The notes: generated by a model not told the origin, from the letters alone. A DNA stretch of 61,143 nt, filler included, from Hausera hauseri (GCA_046269625.1; 12 parts of 12 records of this genome joined end to end with filler, not necessarily neighbours in it); one strand, 5' to 3'; positions 13,890 through 28,269 are shown, numbered from the whole stretch's first letter. A program made the numbers and translations.

Positions 13890-15496
13890 NNNNNNNNNNN
13901 NNNNNNNNNNNNNNNNNNNNNNNNNNNNNNNNNTTAATTAATTAANNNNNNNNNNNNNNNNNNNNNNNNNNNNNNNNNNNNNNNNNNNNTAAATTAATTT
14001 TTCAATTGATTTAATACAAAAAGCCTCAAAAATCAACAGGAAAAATTATATAAAATGTAAATGTCTAAATCTACTGACAAACTGAACAGTAGTTTCAATT
14101 TGTGAAATTACTTATATAGAATTTGAGAAATTTTAACAAATTTTAGACCTTCATTCAAATGTGTTTTGGGACTAAAATATGCAACTTTCGACCAAAATTT
14201 TTTACGGTTTATAGAGGCGAAACTGGGCTATAAGATTCTGTTATCGCTTCTAAATTAGCATGTTTAGAAATATGAAAAAATTGCTTTTGAAAAAATGGTC
14301 GAATTTTCAGTAATTTCTCAATTTTGACAAACTTTAGATCATAATTCAAATGTGTTTTATTGACGAATGTTGAAATTTGGTAGAATTGAATAATTTAGTG
14401 CGATGTTTATAATGTATTCCCACAATAAGAAATAAAAAAAGAATACACATCCATGGAATTTTTGCAGACTGTCGTAACATTTATTTATATTTTTTTATAG
14501 TTTCCATTGCAATAAATATCATATTTTTTGTGTTTGCAATATAGGATTTCATTTGCATTGTTATTACTTGAGTTTTACGAACACATTCATTCTAATTTTT
14601 AAAATGTGTATAAATGTTGTTGAAAAGCCTAGCTTAGACTTATTTATTAATTTTGGAATTCGACAGAAAACATGGAACTTCTTAGTCAACGGAATCGATG
14701 CAGAGCTTCCAAAATGTAATCCATATAAATATAGTGCAGTTTGGATTTTTATCGCACATCTCATAGATTTCATGAACCGACAAAATTGTTTATTACTTAT
14801 GTCGAATTCCCACGTTGAGAAAGTACATAAAGTCAATTCAACTGAATCCACATTAATAAATTTCTTTTCGATAGAACAATTAAACATTACCCTTCCACAA
14901 AAGGTAAGAATAAAACTGTTCGCAATACTCCGTAAAATAAAACGCAAACAAAAGTCGAGCGAAAAAAATTTATTTTTGAATTAAGAATCTAATCAAAACT
15001 GCCGTGAATGCGTGTGAAAGAATAATCGCAAATCATGTAAACTACAACCATCAAGTCAAATTGGGAGGTCGCGCAAACAATAACAACGCAGACACACACA
15101 CAAACACAGACAAAGAAGAATTGTGGTATTTACATGAGATTTCATCATCATCAATATCGTCGTCCTCATAGGGTTTGTTGTTGATTCGTGAATTTCTTTT
15201 TTGGTTTTAGCTGCATTTCTGTGATGATTTTCATGATGATGACGACGATATTATCATCATCACATCATCTATATCCAACAATTATTCGTTTTTGCCAATT
15301 TTCTGTATTTTACTAACATCCTCATCAATTATACCTCTGTCCAATCTTCATTCGATAAATCTCTTCATCAAACCGTTGAACATCCGTCTGAATATCCCTC
15401 GTCAATTGCTCCTTGACCTTCAAATTCTCCATTTCCAACAGCCGTTCATAGGAATAAATTTCTGACAAATACTCACGAGATTGTTGGAAACGTCAA

Positions 15497-18239
15497 CTAA
15501 AGGTTGAGATTGGGATGTAGTAAATGATGAATTTTTCGGAACGTTTGTAGGTTCTCGATCGGTCGGTATCGGCGGTTATTCTGATGATTGGTGACTGGTG
15601 AAACATGTCGGTCCAGTCGTTGTTGCTGAGGAAGATGCGGATAACGCTGCTGGTATCGTGGCGAATTGGTCGGGATTCGGAGTGAATTTGTCTCCAGAGC
15701 TTTTGACGCTACGAGAAGCGTCTTCTGATGAATTGGTTCGGATTTGTTTAACACTGGACTTAAATGATTCGTAACCGGCATCCGATCGGTTTCCTTTGTG
15801 TCTCTGTTTACGCGAAAATTTGTGATAATCCTTGTCGTCGGGTAATCTACAAATTAGAAATCAGAAAACAACAAACTCCATTGACAATGCAACATACTTT
15901 ATCAACTGTACTTGTTTCGGATTAACTTTGCGTAACCAATAACAACACAAAGCCTGTTCCGTTGAGCATCGACGATTTGGATCTAGTTGTAACATCCAAT
16001 CCAACATATCCAGGGCATCGATAGACAATCTGAAACAAACGTCAGAGAAACAGACAGGCGAATAATTGACGTACTTTCAATAATAGTCTTTCAGACGACG
16101 CTTGTAATTGGTTTTCGGTTTATATGATTGATACAGTGGTAATTTAATGATATCAGGCCAACTACCAGTATTTGGTGTACCGCATATTCGAGATATCTCA
16201 ACCAATTGATCGAATTCCGCATTGGCGACAAACATAGTCCGACGGGAAATAATTTCCCCCATCACACACCCGATAGACCAAATGTCTATTGGCGGCCCGT
16301 AGCACTATTCACCGAGCAACAATTCCGGTGCACAATACCACAGCGTAATAACTCGATTCGTATACGGTCGCTTTTTATTCTCCGCATCGTATCGCCTGGC
16401 GAGACCAAAATCGGCCAATTTCACTTTGCCTCTAAAAATATCGATGACATAAACCAATGAGCTTGTGCAGCGTTGTTCCTGAACGAATAACCAAGCGAAG
16501 CACAAAAAACGAACGTGAAAAATAATTAAGAGATATATACACCAATGTCTTACCGTTGTGTCAAATGGAACGAACTTCCTGTGAAGTTTTATCAAATACT
16601 AACACAAAACTTATCACAACTGTTTTAATAAAACAACGAAATGGTTTCAGGTTTTCTAGTCCAGTCAATACGGTAAACAGTTAAAGAAATAAATTTAACT
16701 ATCATGCTGATATCAAATTGTTTTGTTTTAAATCTCGAATAAAACCAAAACAATGGTTTATATCTGAAAATTAATTTAAAAAGCAATAAAGAACATAAAT
16801 TTGTACCTAAGTTGAAAAAGTAAAATCAATACAAGACTCAAGAGCAGCCAATCCATGAACCAAGCTACCAATGATGACACATTCACAAAGCAGCGAAAAC
16901 AGTCAGACAACTAATCGATACAAGACTAAATTCTTGGGAACCATAACGATTAGTCAATAAAAAATGGACTGGTCGATTTATGTAAAATGATCAAATTGGT
17001 TGTCAAATGAGATAACGTAACATAATGACAGTACACCACATTAATTACGGAATTATGTTGATTAGCAAATAAATAATAAATACCTTTTGTTTAGAATATT
17101 CGAGCATTTGATATCCCGATGGAGAAACTGTTTTTTGTGACAATAATTGACACCTTCGACTATCTGTTTTACAATAGACGCAATCTGTATCTCGCTCATT
17201 ACAACTCCGGAATCGATTATTCCGAATAGATCATGATCCATGTACTCGAACACGAGATAGAATCCGCTGTTCTCAATGTCATTTTTCGATTCGTCATCCG
17301 TTACGACTTCCATTAGTCGTACGATATTGCTATGGTGCAATCTCTGTAGAATTTTCACTTCTCGCACGGTAGTTATCGAGAACCTTTCTCGTTCATTTTG
17401 TACTAGAATTTTCTTTAATGCTCTCATGGCATTAGCTTTTTTTGTGAAGTGCCTTAAACACCTGACCATATGTACCTTCACCGATCTCGCTGATAATCGT
17501 AAAACTGTCGACGGATCGATGAATCCAGTCAAATGCTGAAATCGCCTTTTGCGATACTGGTACATCCTAACATTCCGGTATCATTTGACATGATTACGCA
17601 ATTCGCCTTACTTTGGTAACTTTAATATCCTTTCTTGTTCTATAACCTTTCTCTGACTGTTCGAATTTGCCATGCTTTTTGACGGTTTGCCAGAAGATTG
17701 CCTTCAAACACAATTTTTATAGAACAATCGTCTGAATTACTCGTCAACAGTATCGATCTTACGGCGCTTCTCGTAGAGTTTATAGTTTTCCGTATGTCAT
17801 CTTTTCGATTTCTTGGACTTGTCATCGGGTAATGGAACTTGGGTCAAGTCAAATTTAAAGTCCGAAGCCGACGGTTTCGTTTCAGCAGTATCATTTGATT
17901 TTAACGTACGATCAGTTCGAAATTCACTTTTGGTGGTTAAAAATGTGGTTGTGAATTAGCTGGATATGATTTTATAATGTTCATCAAAGAACTATTTTCA
18001 TTTGCGCCGGTAAAATTCGACGCCGGGTCACCAATTACAGACACATTGGAGAGCGAAGCATTCATTTGCGAATTATTCTCGCAGACTTTTGCTGTATTCG
18101 TTTTCAGTGGACCGGAATAATTATTCATGCTGCCTAAGTAACTTCAAACACGTAATAATAAACCAAATCGATTCGATCAAACGTCTTACTTAATTTTTGT
18201 CGGACCGTATCCGATCATGGGATTTGTCTGTTTAGGCAT
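15497..18239 (-). pseudogene. CDK12: Intron-containing CDK12/CDK13-like kinase gene with inactivating lesions
   Basis: EIGEGTYGQVFKA, ITTVREVKIL, FYLVFEYMDHDL, HRDIKCSNIL, GT-AG intron 16432-17083, [37 protein letters not shown]. Frameshift in an A-run (~17440) and in-frame stops at 16305 and 16077. Paralogue assignment 12 vs 13 is uncertain. Confidence 0.8.
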
Positions 18240-19462
18240 CTAAACACAACCAAATTGAAACTTGATTGAAATATGATTGGTTTACGCTATATTTATTTTT
18301 AAAATCTTTAATAAAATATTAATTAAAAAATATTTACATGATTGTTTTAAAAATAAAACCAATAAATTACACTTACAATTTTAAATTGTAAAAATTCGCC
18401 ATTATTTAAACAAAATCTTACGGTCATTTTTCAATTGAATTGTGCGCGAAAAGCAATAATTATGACACAGTATCATTGTTCTTTGATGGTGATATTTTTA
18501 GTCGAATGTCAATTACGAATTGTTATTTTTAAAACAAANNNNNNNNNNNNNNNNNNNNNNNNNNNNNNNNNNNNNNNNNNNNTTAATTAATTAANNNNNN
18601 NNNNNNNNNNNNNNNNNNNNNNNNNNNNNNNNNNNNNNATAATAGATGAATGGCTATTTTTGGGTGTAACTGGGACCTTGTGTACACAGTTTCGTTCCAC
18701 CTCATGTACCACGTGTGATGCGAATGGCAATAAAGATTCTTGAACTTGATACAGTAAGCTTTTGATACTGATTTGAGCTCTACTAACCAATACTGAGATG
18801 GATGACTTTACGTGCATCTCTTATTATTTGTTCCGAGGAACAGACATTTCACTTGGCCATATTTCTTCTGTGGACCAAGCGTCCTTTGTCTGAATTAATA
18901 TCTTTTACCTCATACTAATAGCGTCACCACTGGGAAAATGTCCTTCTCTAACAGCTGAGTTTCTACCCTGAAACAATCAGCGTTTCAACCAGGTGAACCA
19001 ATACCTTTAACTCTGAGTGGTGTTAATGTATCGAGTTGCTCCAACTTTACCAATACCAGAGTTGCTCCAGCTGCATGAGCTGTTTCTATCTGATTGAGTG
19101 AGAGTGCCATTGACCTTCAGCCATTTTACTGGGACTGTATTAAAAAGGCCCAGCCAGAGCCCTGATTTTATAGCTGAGCCTTTCCAAGGTCCCACTGACC
19201 TGATGGATATTACGAGGATAAATCAAACGTCCATGCCAGCACTCTCATTCAGAGCAGGGGTTGGAGCATGACTGTTTGCTGAAGAATGGCATGACTTCCA
19301 GCTCAGTGTGTCTAAGTGCGACATTTCACAGTTTGTTGGATAAAAGTGTAATATTCTTCTATCAAACAGTTACATAGATTTTAATTGACACGGAAACGAA
19401 TTTTACTGTAAATCTGGTTATTTTATAACAAATAATCAGAAACGTGCACAATATAATGTTTA

Positions 19463-20074
19463 CTACTGTGGACAAAAAGCAATGAGACTGATTAAATAGA
19501 ACACAAGAAAATACTCCATTCAACCAAATTTATTGTGTTTCCTTCAAAGTAATCCCTTACAACTTGAATACACTTATTTCAACATTTTTCCAGTCCATGA
19601 AACAGTTATTATACGCAGCTTCCGGTATAGCCTGCAAAGCGGCCAGAGAATTCTCTTGGATGGCTTCTGTTGATTCCAATCGATGTCCACGAAGTGGTAA
19701 TTTGAATCGAGGAAAAATGAAAAATCAGACGGAGCCATATTTGGCGATTACCGTGCTTGTGTTACGACATTTACTTGATTTTTGATGAAATACTGACAAA
19801 TAATTAAGGCTGTAAATAAAAGGCATAAATAATATTCTTTGGTGACTGTTTGGCTAGTTGGAAGGAACCTTTTGTGGACAACGCTACAGTGATTGAAGAA
19901 AACAGTCAACATGACCTTGATTTTTGACTTGCTTCGATGTGGTTTTTTCAGTTTTGGTTCACCTGCAGAACGATATTTATTGGATTGTTGAGCTGTTTCC
20001 AAGTCATGAGCATAGATCCATGTCTCATCGCCAGTAATTATGCATTTCATATCATCATCAGTCATAGAAAGCAT
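19463..20074 (-). mobile_element. Mariner transposon 3' part, truncated by an LTR insertion
   Basis: IITGDETWIYAHDLETAQQS, KSKIKVMLTVFF and a C-terminal DYFEG-like end. TIR-like TACTGTGGACAAAAAGCAATGAGACT at ~19464. Confidence 0.8.
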
Positions 20075-20883
20075 TGAGAAGACGCACGAGAGAATCCCAA
20101 ATAGTCCTTTAAAATTGTGATAAGTTTAAAGGTGTAGAATTTATTTGGTCCAACGACCTTAAACTTATGCTATCAATACTCAACTTGGACCCTCTCCTTG
20201 TCCCAAGTTGGATTTATTTAGTTACAGTATTCGGCAGCCTGTGGGTCTGCCGAAAGTTAGGAATGTTATTTATTTACTTTCTCTTAATGTGTGAGTTCGG
20301 TCGGGAGGTACACCGACGTTGCTCTCCCTTATTTAATGTAAATTAGACAACCGACCTGTATTAAAGGAAGGTATACCAAAAGAGGGATGCCCAAAATTTA
20401 CGTTATTTACGTCTATTGCAATACTATACCTTTTAATTATTTTATACTAAATCAATAAATCAAAACAAATGAAACTACCGGAATATTTAATAAAGTATTA
20501 AATCAAATAATCAATCAAAATATGATAAGAAAATATGAACAAAAGAAATAACAAAACATGACTTACAATTATCATATGTGAGATTCATGATGTATCAGAG
20601 ATCAGTCAAAAGGAAATTGTGTGAGTTGTACAAATAACGCCAGTATTTATAATAAAATTTTGTGTCACCATATGGAAGAAAAATTACAAAAAAATTTAAA
20701 ATGATTAAGGAATAAATCAAAAATAAATTTTTAAACATATGTCAATTATTGGAGAATCAAACATTTCATTTTCTCCACGCAATAAAATAAGCTTTTAAGC
20801 GTATGTCGATTATTGGAGAGTCGCTTTTAAGCACATGTCAATTATTGGATTTCATTTTCGAAATATGTCATTTATTCTGAACA
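20075..20883 (-). repeat. 3' LTR (~809 bp) of the integrase-FN3-exonuclease Gypsy element
   Basis: On the - strand the PPT AAGGAGGGAGAAGA is followed by TGTT at 20883. The LTR ends ...TCTCA at 20075, exactly where the mariner sequence resumes. TATA-like and AATAAA signals lie inside. Confidence 0.7.
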
Positions 20884-23800
20884 TCTTCTCCCTCCTTGGA
20901 TGATGCTGTCCGCAGCATCAAGGGGTAGGCTTCGATAATTCCATTTGAATCTTGATAATCGACGGATTTGATATGGAGTAGTCTTCCTTTCTTCTTAATT
21001 TGTCTCTTTAGGGTAACTGTTTCTGTTTTTGGGATTTTCTTTTTCTTTTTCGGAACTCTGGTTAGGTCAACGACGATTGATTCTGTGGAACTAGCTGCCG
21101 TTATTGGGTTTAGATTAATATAACAGTCTTTTATAGAAGTCAATGCTTGATCACCGGAAGATTGGGTGGATGTCGAGTGGGTGGCAATTGATCGGGTATC
21201 TGGAGATTCTTGTATTTCCATCGGAACTGGGAATTGTTCATTTTTGTATTCCGGAATAAAATTGTAAATTTTTAATATTGTTACTGCTTTCTCTTTTGTT
21301 CTTTGAGGATATATGTTACCATTGTACTGGGTAAAAATCTGTTTGGCCGTGTATGTTCCTTGAGGATTAATACTGTCATGGTATAACAATTCTCTAATTC
21401 CCAATAGATTGTTGTAATCATACCTGAAGGTAGTTGCAAGGGTGTGATAAACATCAATGCCTATGATTACTTTTCCAACGATCATTTTCCTTATGAAGGG
21501 TTCCTCGTGATACGAGTCCTTTTTCCCAATAATATGATCTTCTTTCAGTCCAGTTACGTGGCTGTTATAATTATCAATCTTTTCTCTAGGGCATAAAATT
21601 TCGTCCAAAACAATTCCGCCATCTAGATTCATCAAGGTTACTTCTACCGAAGTCATTTCAGTATTTCTGATAGGGGTGAATAGGTATATAGGATTTACGG
21701 CCATGATTAGCATCTCTTCTTTTAATATTATTGGTTTTCTTGTGAAAGATAGGCCTTGTTTTACGTCGATTTCTTTTGGTTTGGGAGTAGTGTATTTGGG
21801 AATTTCGTAATCCAAATGTGGTATTAGGTCTTTTTTTATAACTTCAAGGTAGATTATTGGGAACACTTCTTGACACGTTCGTATGGTAATTGTAGAATTG
21901 GCGTACAATCTAGGATCCAAACGAATTGTTACACGGGTTAAGACTTCCATCACGTCTGTAATTCCATTGGAGTGTGATTTGCTTTTTAATTGAATAGTCC
22001 CTTTTGCCACGGAGATATATATGGCATAAGTGCGTCCGGAAGTATCAATTAAATCGGAGAGGTTAATTGAACTCTGTCGTACTTTAATTATAAGGCTGCT
22101 CCTTTGCTGGACTGAATAACCTTTGAGATTGTTAGGGATAAAAACGGCTCTTCCATAGTAACAGTAGTCTTTGTTAGAGGTGGCCCATAAATTAGATAGG
22201 ATATGATTGTAAAATGAGTTGGGTCTTTCGGTCCTCTCTGCACCTTCTTGGACTAAAAATAAAAACATTAATGTTAGCCAAGCGGTTTTAGAAGAAGGAA
22301 TATTATCACGTTTTGATTGTTTGTTTTTTATATAGGTCGCTAGGAATTTTGCGGCCTGATTCTGGATTTTTATACAGAGACATACGGTTATGTCTTTTAA
22401 CGGTCGGGTCTGCCGCTCTTGATCGGTAAGTTTTTCAACTTGCCGTTGATTTTCTAAGAAGGGCGCGCTTATGTCTCGTAACGATACCTGGGAATCTTCC
22501 CTTAAAATTTTTAATTGCTCTAATATTTCCCTTGTTCTACTTTGTCGTCGCTTTATTTTAGAAAAGTAAATTACTAAAGGTAAAAGTATAGCTAGTAATA
22601 TTAAAAGGACACATAGTAAACTGATTATCCAAAGATGTTTATTCGAGGTTTGTTCTGGTTTCTGTGTAGTTGTCCTTGGTATAATCCTAGGAGTAGTTAT
22701 TGTCTGTTTTAAAGTCTTCTCTGTACGAAAAACTGTTCGTAACTTTTCTCCTTCGTCATCTAATTCTGTTATGACGACTTTATAATTTGTGTCAGTTTTT
22801 AGGAACATACACGCAGATGTCGGTTCTTCAGGAGTTAGAACTCCTTCACTAATCACTTTATGGTTAAGATGACATTCGAATTTTATGTTTGTATTCTTTA
22901 GGTCAGGCACTGTAATAACTAATGAATGACTTGTTGGTTGGATAATTATATCCAGTTCTTTAATATCCTTCTGGGATTCCATCATTGGAGTAGTTACTAC
23001 TGTTTGTAATGTGGTTGATGTACTTGGTTTTGTTACTGAGGCAGTTGTTTTTCTTGTTGAAGTAGGGGTTACCTTTATCGGAGATCTGACTATTATCTCT
23101 GGACCGTCTGCTGTTTTTGACCATGTATAGCCGTTATACGTGGTCCAGTAATATATCATATACTGTTTATCAAAAGCGATAGGACAACACATATATGGAT
23201 TTCGGTAATTCGGTTTACAATATGTGGTATTAGTGCCATCGGATATTTCATATTGGAATGTTACATACCTCGTGATTTGTACTTCTGGCTCTGCTGTTAT
23301 ACAAGGTCCATTTTTCATAATTTTCGAATAAAATGAGATAAGGAAGTATGGTCGATGGAAATAATGTGTAGTACCAGGGTATGAGAAATATGTTCTATAA
23401 CTCTGGTCGCTTTTTCCTGTTGCGTATTGAATCCTGTACGTTTCTCCGAATGAAAGTCCACAGCAATTATGTATCGAGTGATTATAATATAGATCACAAT
23501 TTTCCGGTGTCGCTTTTTCCACTATAGGTAATTTCGATATGAATATGTGTATATACTCGTCTATTGTTAAGTTCCGATTAGCCGTAATCTTTATACAAGG
23601 GTATTTTCCAACTTGTACGGCCTTGTAATTTACATCTAAGGACTGAGCTGACACGTTAGTCACTAAAATTAGCATCATAAGTGTTATCATTAGCGATGGA
23701 CTAAAGTTTTCATTTCTTATTTTTAACTCTATTGGTGCAGGCTTGCATCTATTCACATGAACTTTTATTGGGTTCATCTTACCTCTTTTATTTTTGTTTA

Positions 23801-25234
23801 AGTAGACGTTGGTTTCGTCTACTTTCTGAATCATGTATGGACCTTTATATGGTCTATCTAGTTTTGGTGTCTTTCCTTTCTTACTTAAGGGTGTGTGCAG
23901 CATGACTTTATCTCCAGGTTTGAAGTCATGTGGCTTAGCCTTTTCGTCGTAACGACTTTTATATTCTTTCTGACATATTTTTGTGTGTCGTGAGGCCAAA
24001 CTCCATACGTATCCTAATTTTTCCTCTAGTAATTCTTTATATTCCAAGTCTTTTAAATGAGATACAGGCGTTTTGAAGTCCAAATCGATCGGCATATGAG
24101 TATCTCTAAGATACATCAGATAGAAGGGAGTTTCTTTTGTTGCCGGGTGGATTGTGTTTCTAATAGCGAATAAGCATGGTTTGATATACTCATCCCAATC
24201 ATCCTGTCTTTCATTTACCATAGTGGCCAACATGTTGGTTAAGATTCCGTTAAATCTTTCCACTGTTCCATTCGTTTGAGGATGATACGGGGTAGTTTTT
24301 AGTTGTAGTATGTGGAATATTTTCGATATTTCTGCCATAACTTCTCCTGTGAAGTTTGGTGCTTGATCCGTCAATAGTTTGGTTGGTGCACCATAATTAA
24401 AAACGATTTCTTCGACGAAAGCTTGAGCGATGGTTTGGGCCTTTTGATCAGGTATTGGTATTACAACTGGCCATCTAGAAAATAGATCGACAAACACTAA
24501 CATGTATTTATTTCCATTAATCGTTAGAGGCAGTGGTCCCAAGATATCCATTGCTGAAAATTCCATAGGGGCTGGTGGACATTCTATTGGTTTGAGAGGG
24601 ACTCTGATTTTTGAACCGGTGTTCTTTCTAGTGGCACAGACTGGACAACTCTTACACCAGTCTTGAACATCTTTAGTCATAGTATACCAGTAGTATTTTC
24701 TTTTCAGTCTTCCTAATGTCCTCTTTACTGATTGATGTCCTCCCATCATACCATCGTGGTATTGCGTCAACAACAATTTAATATCTTCTTGAGGAACGAC
24801 AACAACTAATTTTCCTTTATAATTGTAGTGCAATATGTCATTTTTTGTCTCATAATTTTCAGCAAACTGTTTCAGGTGAGTGTAAAGATTGATATCACTC
24901 GGTACCGTTTTCCTTTTTAAATACTCCTTGATTTCTTTGATTTGTTCGTCATTTTGTTGTTTTCGTAGTAACGACTCTTCTTGTTCTGTGATACTCCATA
25001 TAGCTGCTATGACACCAGGTTTATCTGTAGATTCTTCTTCTGATTGACCTGTATCTTCTGGTATTCGTGACATGTAATCGGCGTTCGCATTTGCTTTCCC
25101 CATTTTATATTCAAATTTAAGATCATACGGTTGGAGTAACATAGCCCATTTCATTAATCGACTATTCGGGTTTTTGTGATTTTTCAGCCACTGTAATGGT
25201 TTGTGATCCGTATAAACAACGATGGGTTTGGTTT
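20868..25234 (-). CDS. Gypsy Pol C-terminus (RNase H end, integrase) fused in frame to a signal peptide, FN3-like repeats, Thr-rich stalk, TM helix and DEDDh-exonuclease-like domain
   Basis: The frame is open to the contig edge (YTDHKPL). Motifs in order: ANANADYMSR; HHCC (YHDGMMGGH...CKSC); DILGP, TDQAPNF, VERFN; GPY; SLMITLMMLILVTNVSA; CGLSFGETYRI/CPIAFDKQYMI/FLKTDTNYKV; LWIISLLCVLLILLAILLPLVIYF; VEVTLMNLDGGIVLDEILCPREKIDNYNSHVTGLKEDHI. Confidence 0.9.
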
Positions 25235-27449
25235 NNNNNNNNNNNNNNNNNNNNNNNNNNNNNNNNNNNNNNNNNNNNTTAATTAATTAANNNNNNNNNN
25301 NNNNNNNNNNNNNNNNNNNNNNNNNNNNNNNNNNCCGTCAAAAGAAAAATATCAATCGAATACCGAGTTGTACGAACGGATTTTTGAACCTTTCGACAGT
25401 TAATTTTACGACGAACTTTCGTGAACAAAGATTATTTTAGAAAGGCCTTGTGTTCATTCATTCTCAAGAAATAAAAAATATGAAGAAAATGTCAAAAACC
25501 CTGAAATTTTAGTTAGAAGCCACCCAGATAATGCAATTGGAGAATTTAAATTTGACAGTTTTTCTCGATTCTCTGGTCTTTTGATACATTTCATTTGTCT
25601 CAATATATATTATCTGTTATATGTATTACTGCGTTGTATCTGGTTAAGTTGTTATTAATTTATTATAGATTATTGGAAAAAAATTTTAAAACAATAAACA
25701 AGTATTCAGCGTATTCAGTTGTTATTTTCTTTTGACACACTATTTATTCTCTATCGGAATTATTCATTGTCTATGGATATTTATCCCATTGTAACTATTG
25801 GAATTTCTGCAAATTTAACACGGTGCCGTCTGTTATACTACAATATGAATAAAGTTGTTATACATGATATCTATCGAACTGTCAAAAACAAAACCTAAAG
25901 ATTCGTTGATTTACCAAAAATCCATGTAGTTCGTGTCGTTGTTGAACCACAAAATATGCCGACGGTTTAAAAAGATTTGCCAAATCATATTCGTCGGTCC
26001 AAACCGACTGGGAAGAGTCAAAAAATAACGGTATAGCTGACGTTGGTGAATCCCAATTAGAAATCTGTTTGAAGGAGAGAGAAGAAGATTGGATGGAGAG
26101 ATGCGACCCACACAGATACTCAGAGTGTCGATGTCGAGTAATCATAATTGATTGATTAAAGGTCGATATCTAATTGAAATGTATAACAGCGAAGTGACTG
26201 TATCGAAGGGATGATGAGTCGTTATTGCTGATATGATAAAAATGTACACTACTCGAAGGAAATTCCAGATAGAATCGTTGTGATCTTTAACAGGGAGACG
26301 GAGACGGTGGACGAGGGGTTTACCAATCATCAGTATTGTAAAGCTACGCTTGAACGAACAGATATATCGATGTAACATTCAGGACCCAGAAATCGTACTT
26401 TGTGGAACTTGCCGTGTATTTGAAAGAACGTAGTTTTACGAATGAACTAGTTAGAATATTCGATGGATGAAAATAAAATTACAGACTTGAAAAATTCTGA
26501 AGGTGAAAATTTAAGCCAGGCACAAAAATTAAAAATGGCAAAATATTCGTAACATTATTCGGACGTTTGATTCTATTGACATAAGGCCAAAACACCACTA
26601 ACACAAATGACAACTTACCACACAGTTTTAAAATGGCCGCCAACACTTCATTGGATACATTTCCTTGAAATTTCACAGCACTTTCTGGATGGGAATATTC
26701 CAGTCCACGGGATCGCATTCGGTTCAGTCTTTGGAACATGACTTTTAGCTGAAATAGTGATAAGTTGTTATGTACATAGAGGATTCATATGACGATCGTG
26801 TACCCAATGAGTAATTATGTTTTAATTTAATTATTAATTTCAATATTAATTATTAGTAGGTAGAAGTGTCCTCTCCTGACCACTACCCAAAATGTGCTCA
26901 GATCAAGCTGGAAATCAGTTTTCCCCACCTATCTGGAAATTCTGAACATTTGATGTCTGATGGTCGGAGACCCCTCCGAGGGAAAGAAGAAGGTCGAGCA
27001 AAGGACTTTGAACCGAGACCAATCGGTCAAGCCGGACAAGGCGAAGAAAAGTTAACAGCGTCACGAAGCCGAAAAGTGCAACCCCGCGGCACAGGAGGCG
27101 GACGAAGAAAAACGGGCAATGTGCAACTGGCAACGCATCACATGTTGCTGGTATACCGAAATTTTGTACAGAGGTAAAATTGATGTTGGCAAGTCGAATG
27201 GACACGGTTTCATCGTCGTGCGACCAAGAAAACATAGGGAAAACCGGTTAGGAAAATTTCCGTCGGGTAAAATTTCCCCATGTTCAAGTCTGTCGGTCTC
27301 ATACATTGCCCATAAGTTGGAGAAAATTTCATATTATAACCGCCTCACGATCAGACCAACGGATCCGGGTGAAAAATGTAATTGAAAAACGCATTGCTAA
27401 AATGTCATCATTTTAAATGCGTTCGTTGTTTGTAGAAAAATTGTGAATT

Positions 27450-27573
27450 TTATTTTGTACGACGACGACGACGCTTAAAGTCGATCGCACAAATTACCAC
27501 GAGCATATTCGGACTCACCGCAATGTGTTGAGTCGGAAAAATTTTTGGATTGACCCAGTTCCGGACACTCACA

Positions 27574-27616
<43 letters not shown>

Positions 27617-27672
27617 CGACGACGACGAACGTACAAATTACCACGAGCTTGTAATTGAGTACTACTACTACT
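27450..27672. repeat. (GAC)n microsatellite, 16-bp direct repeat and ACTACTACTACT (possible Polinton terminus)
   Basis: (GAC)n runs at 27459-27473 and 27575-27627. ACAAATTACCACGAGC occurs twice. ACTACTACTACT at 27661-27672 matches the complement of the AGTAGT Polinton terminal motif. Confidence 0.5.
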
Positions 27673-27836
27673 CACAAGGTGGTGACAGTCTGTCTACAAA
27701 CTAATGATTACCACCACCACGAAATGTGTAACAGATATACTGAAATGATATAACAACAGCAACAGCTATATAACAAATTGTATATTTCAAAATCACAAAA
27801 CCAGTCTGTATGTCCAATCAAAAAAGCGGAATACGT

Positions 27837-28214
27837 TCACAATAATGTCTGTAATGTAAGCCACAATAGGCAGCAATGTCCGCGCAATACGGTAAGTGGA
27901 TGTTGATAACGAAGTCAATGATATTCAACACGATGATATGATTGCCTTTCAATTTGAGAAACTAACGATGACGGGTAATAAAACCCGGGGGGATCGAATA
28001 CCTTGACGACGGTCGGATGTACGTACACCGCAATTTAATGTTCGCCAGGTAACGATGAACTGTGTGTATTGACAATGAAAGCTCCGCCACCATTTTGTCG
28101 TAAGTCACGCGGCACACGGTCCAGTAAAAACACATATCGGAATTTCACACCCAAGAGGAGTTTTCCATAGTGACAGAGTTCAGTTGAAATAAACGTAAAA
28201 CGTGATTTAATCAT
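27837..28214 (-). pseudogene. Polinton/adintovirus adenain-like cysteine protease, disrupted
   Basis: Manual translation gives FIVNTHSSSLPGEH*IAVYV...VFDPPG...YQHPLTVLRGHCCL (VNT...GxHW, FD, Q...CG motifs), with stops replacing the W and other residues. Confidence 0.7.
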
Positions 28215-28269
28215 AATAGTAATAGTAATAATAAATTACTTCATCGTACAAAGAGGAAGAGGATTTTAT

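Noticed and set aside
14553-14984. 143-aa and 127-aa overlapping ORFs as genes
   Set aside because: No recognisable motif, so no product can be supported.
27450-27675. Poly-Val and poly-Arg ORFs
   Set aside because: These are translations of a (GAC)n microsatellite.
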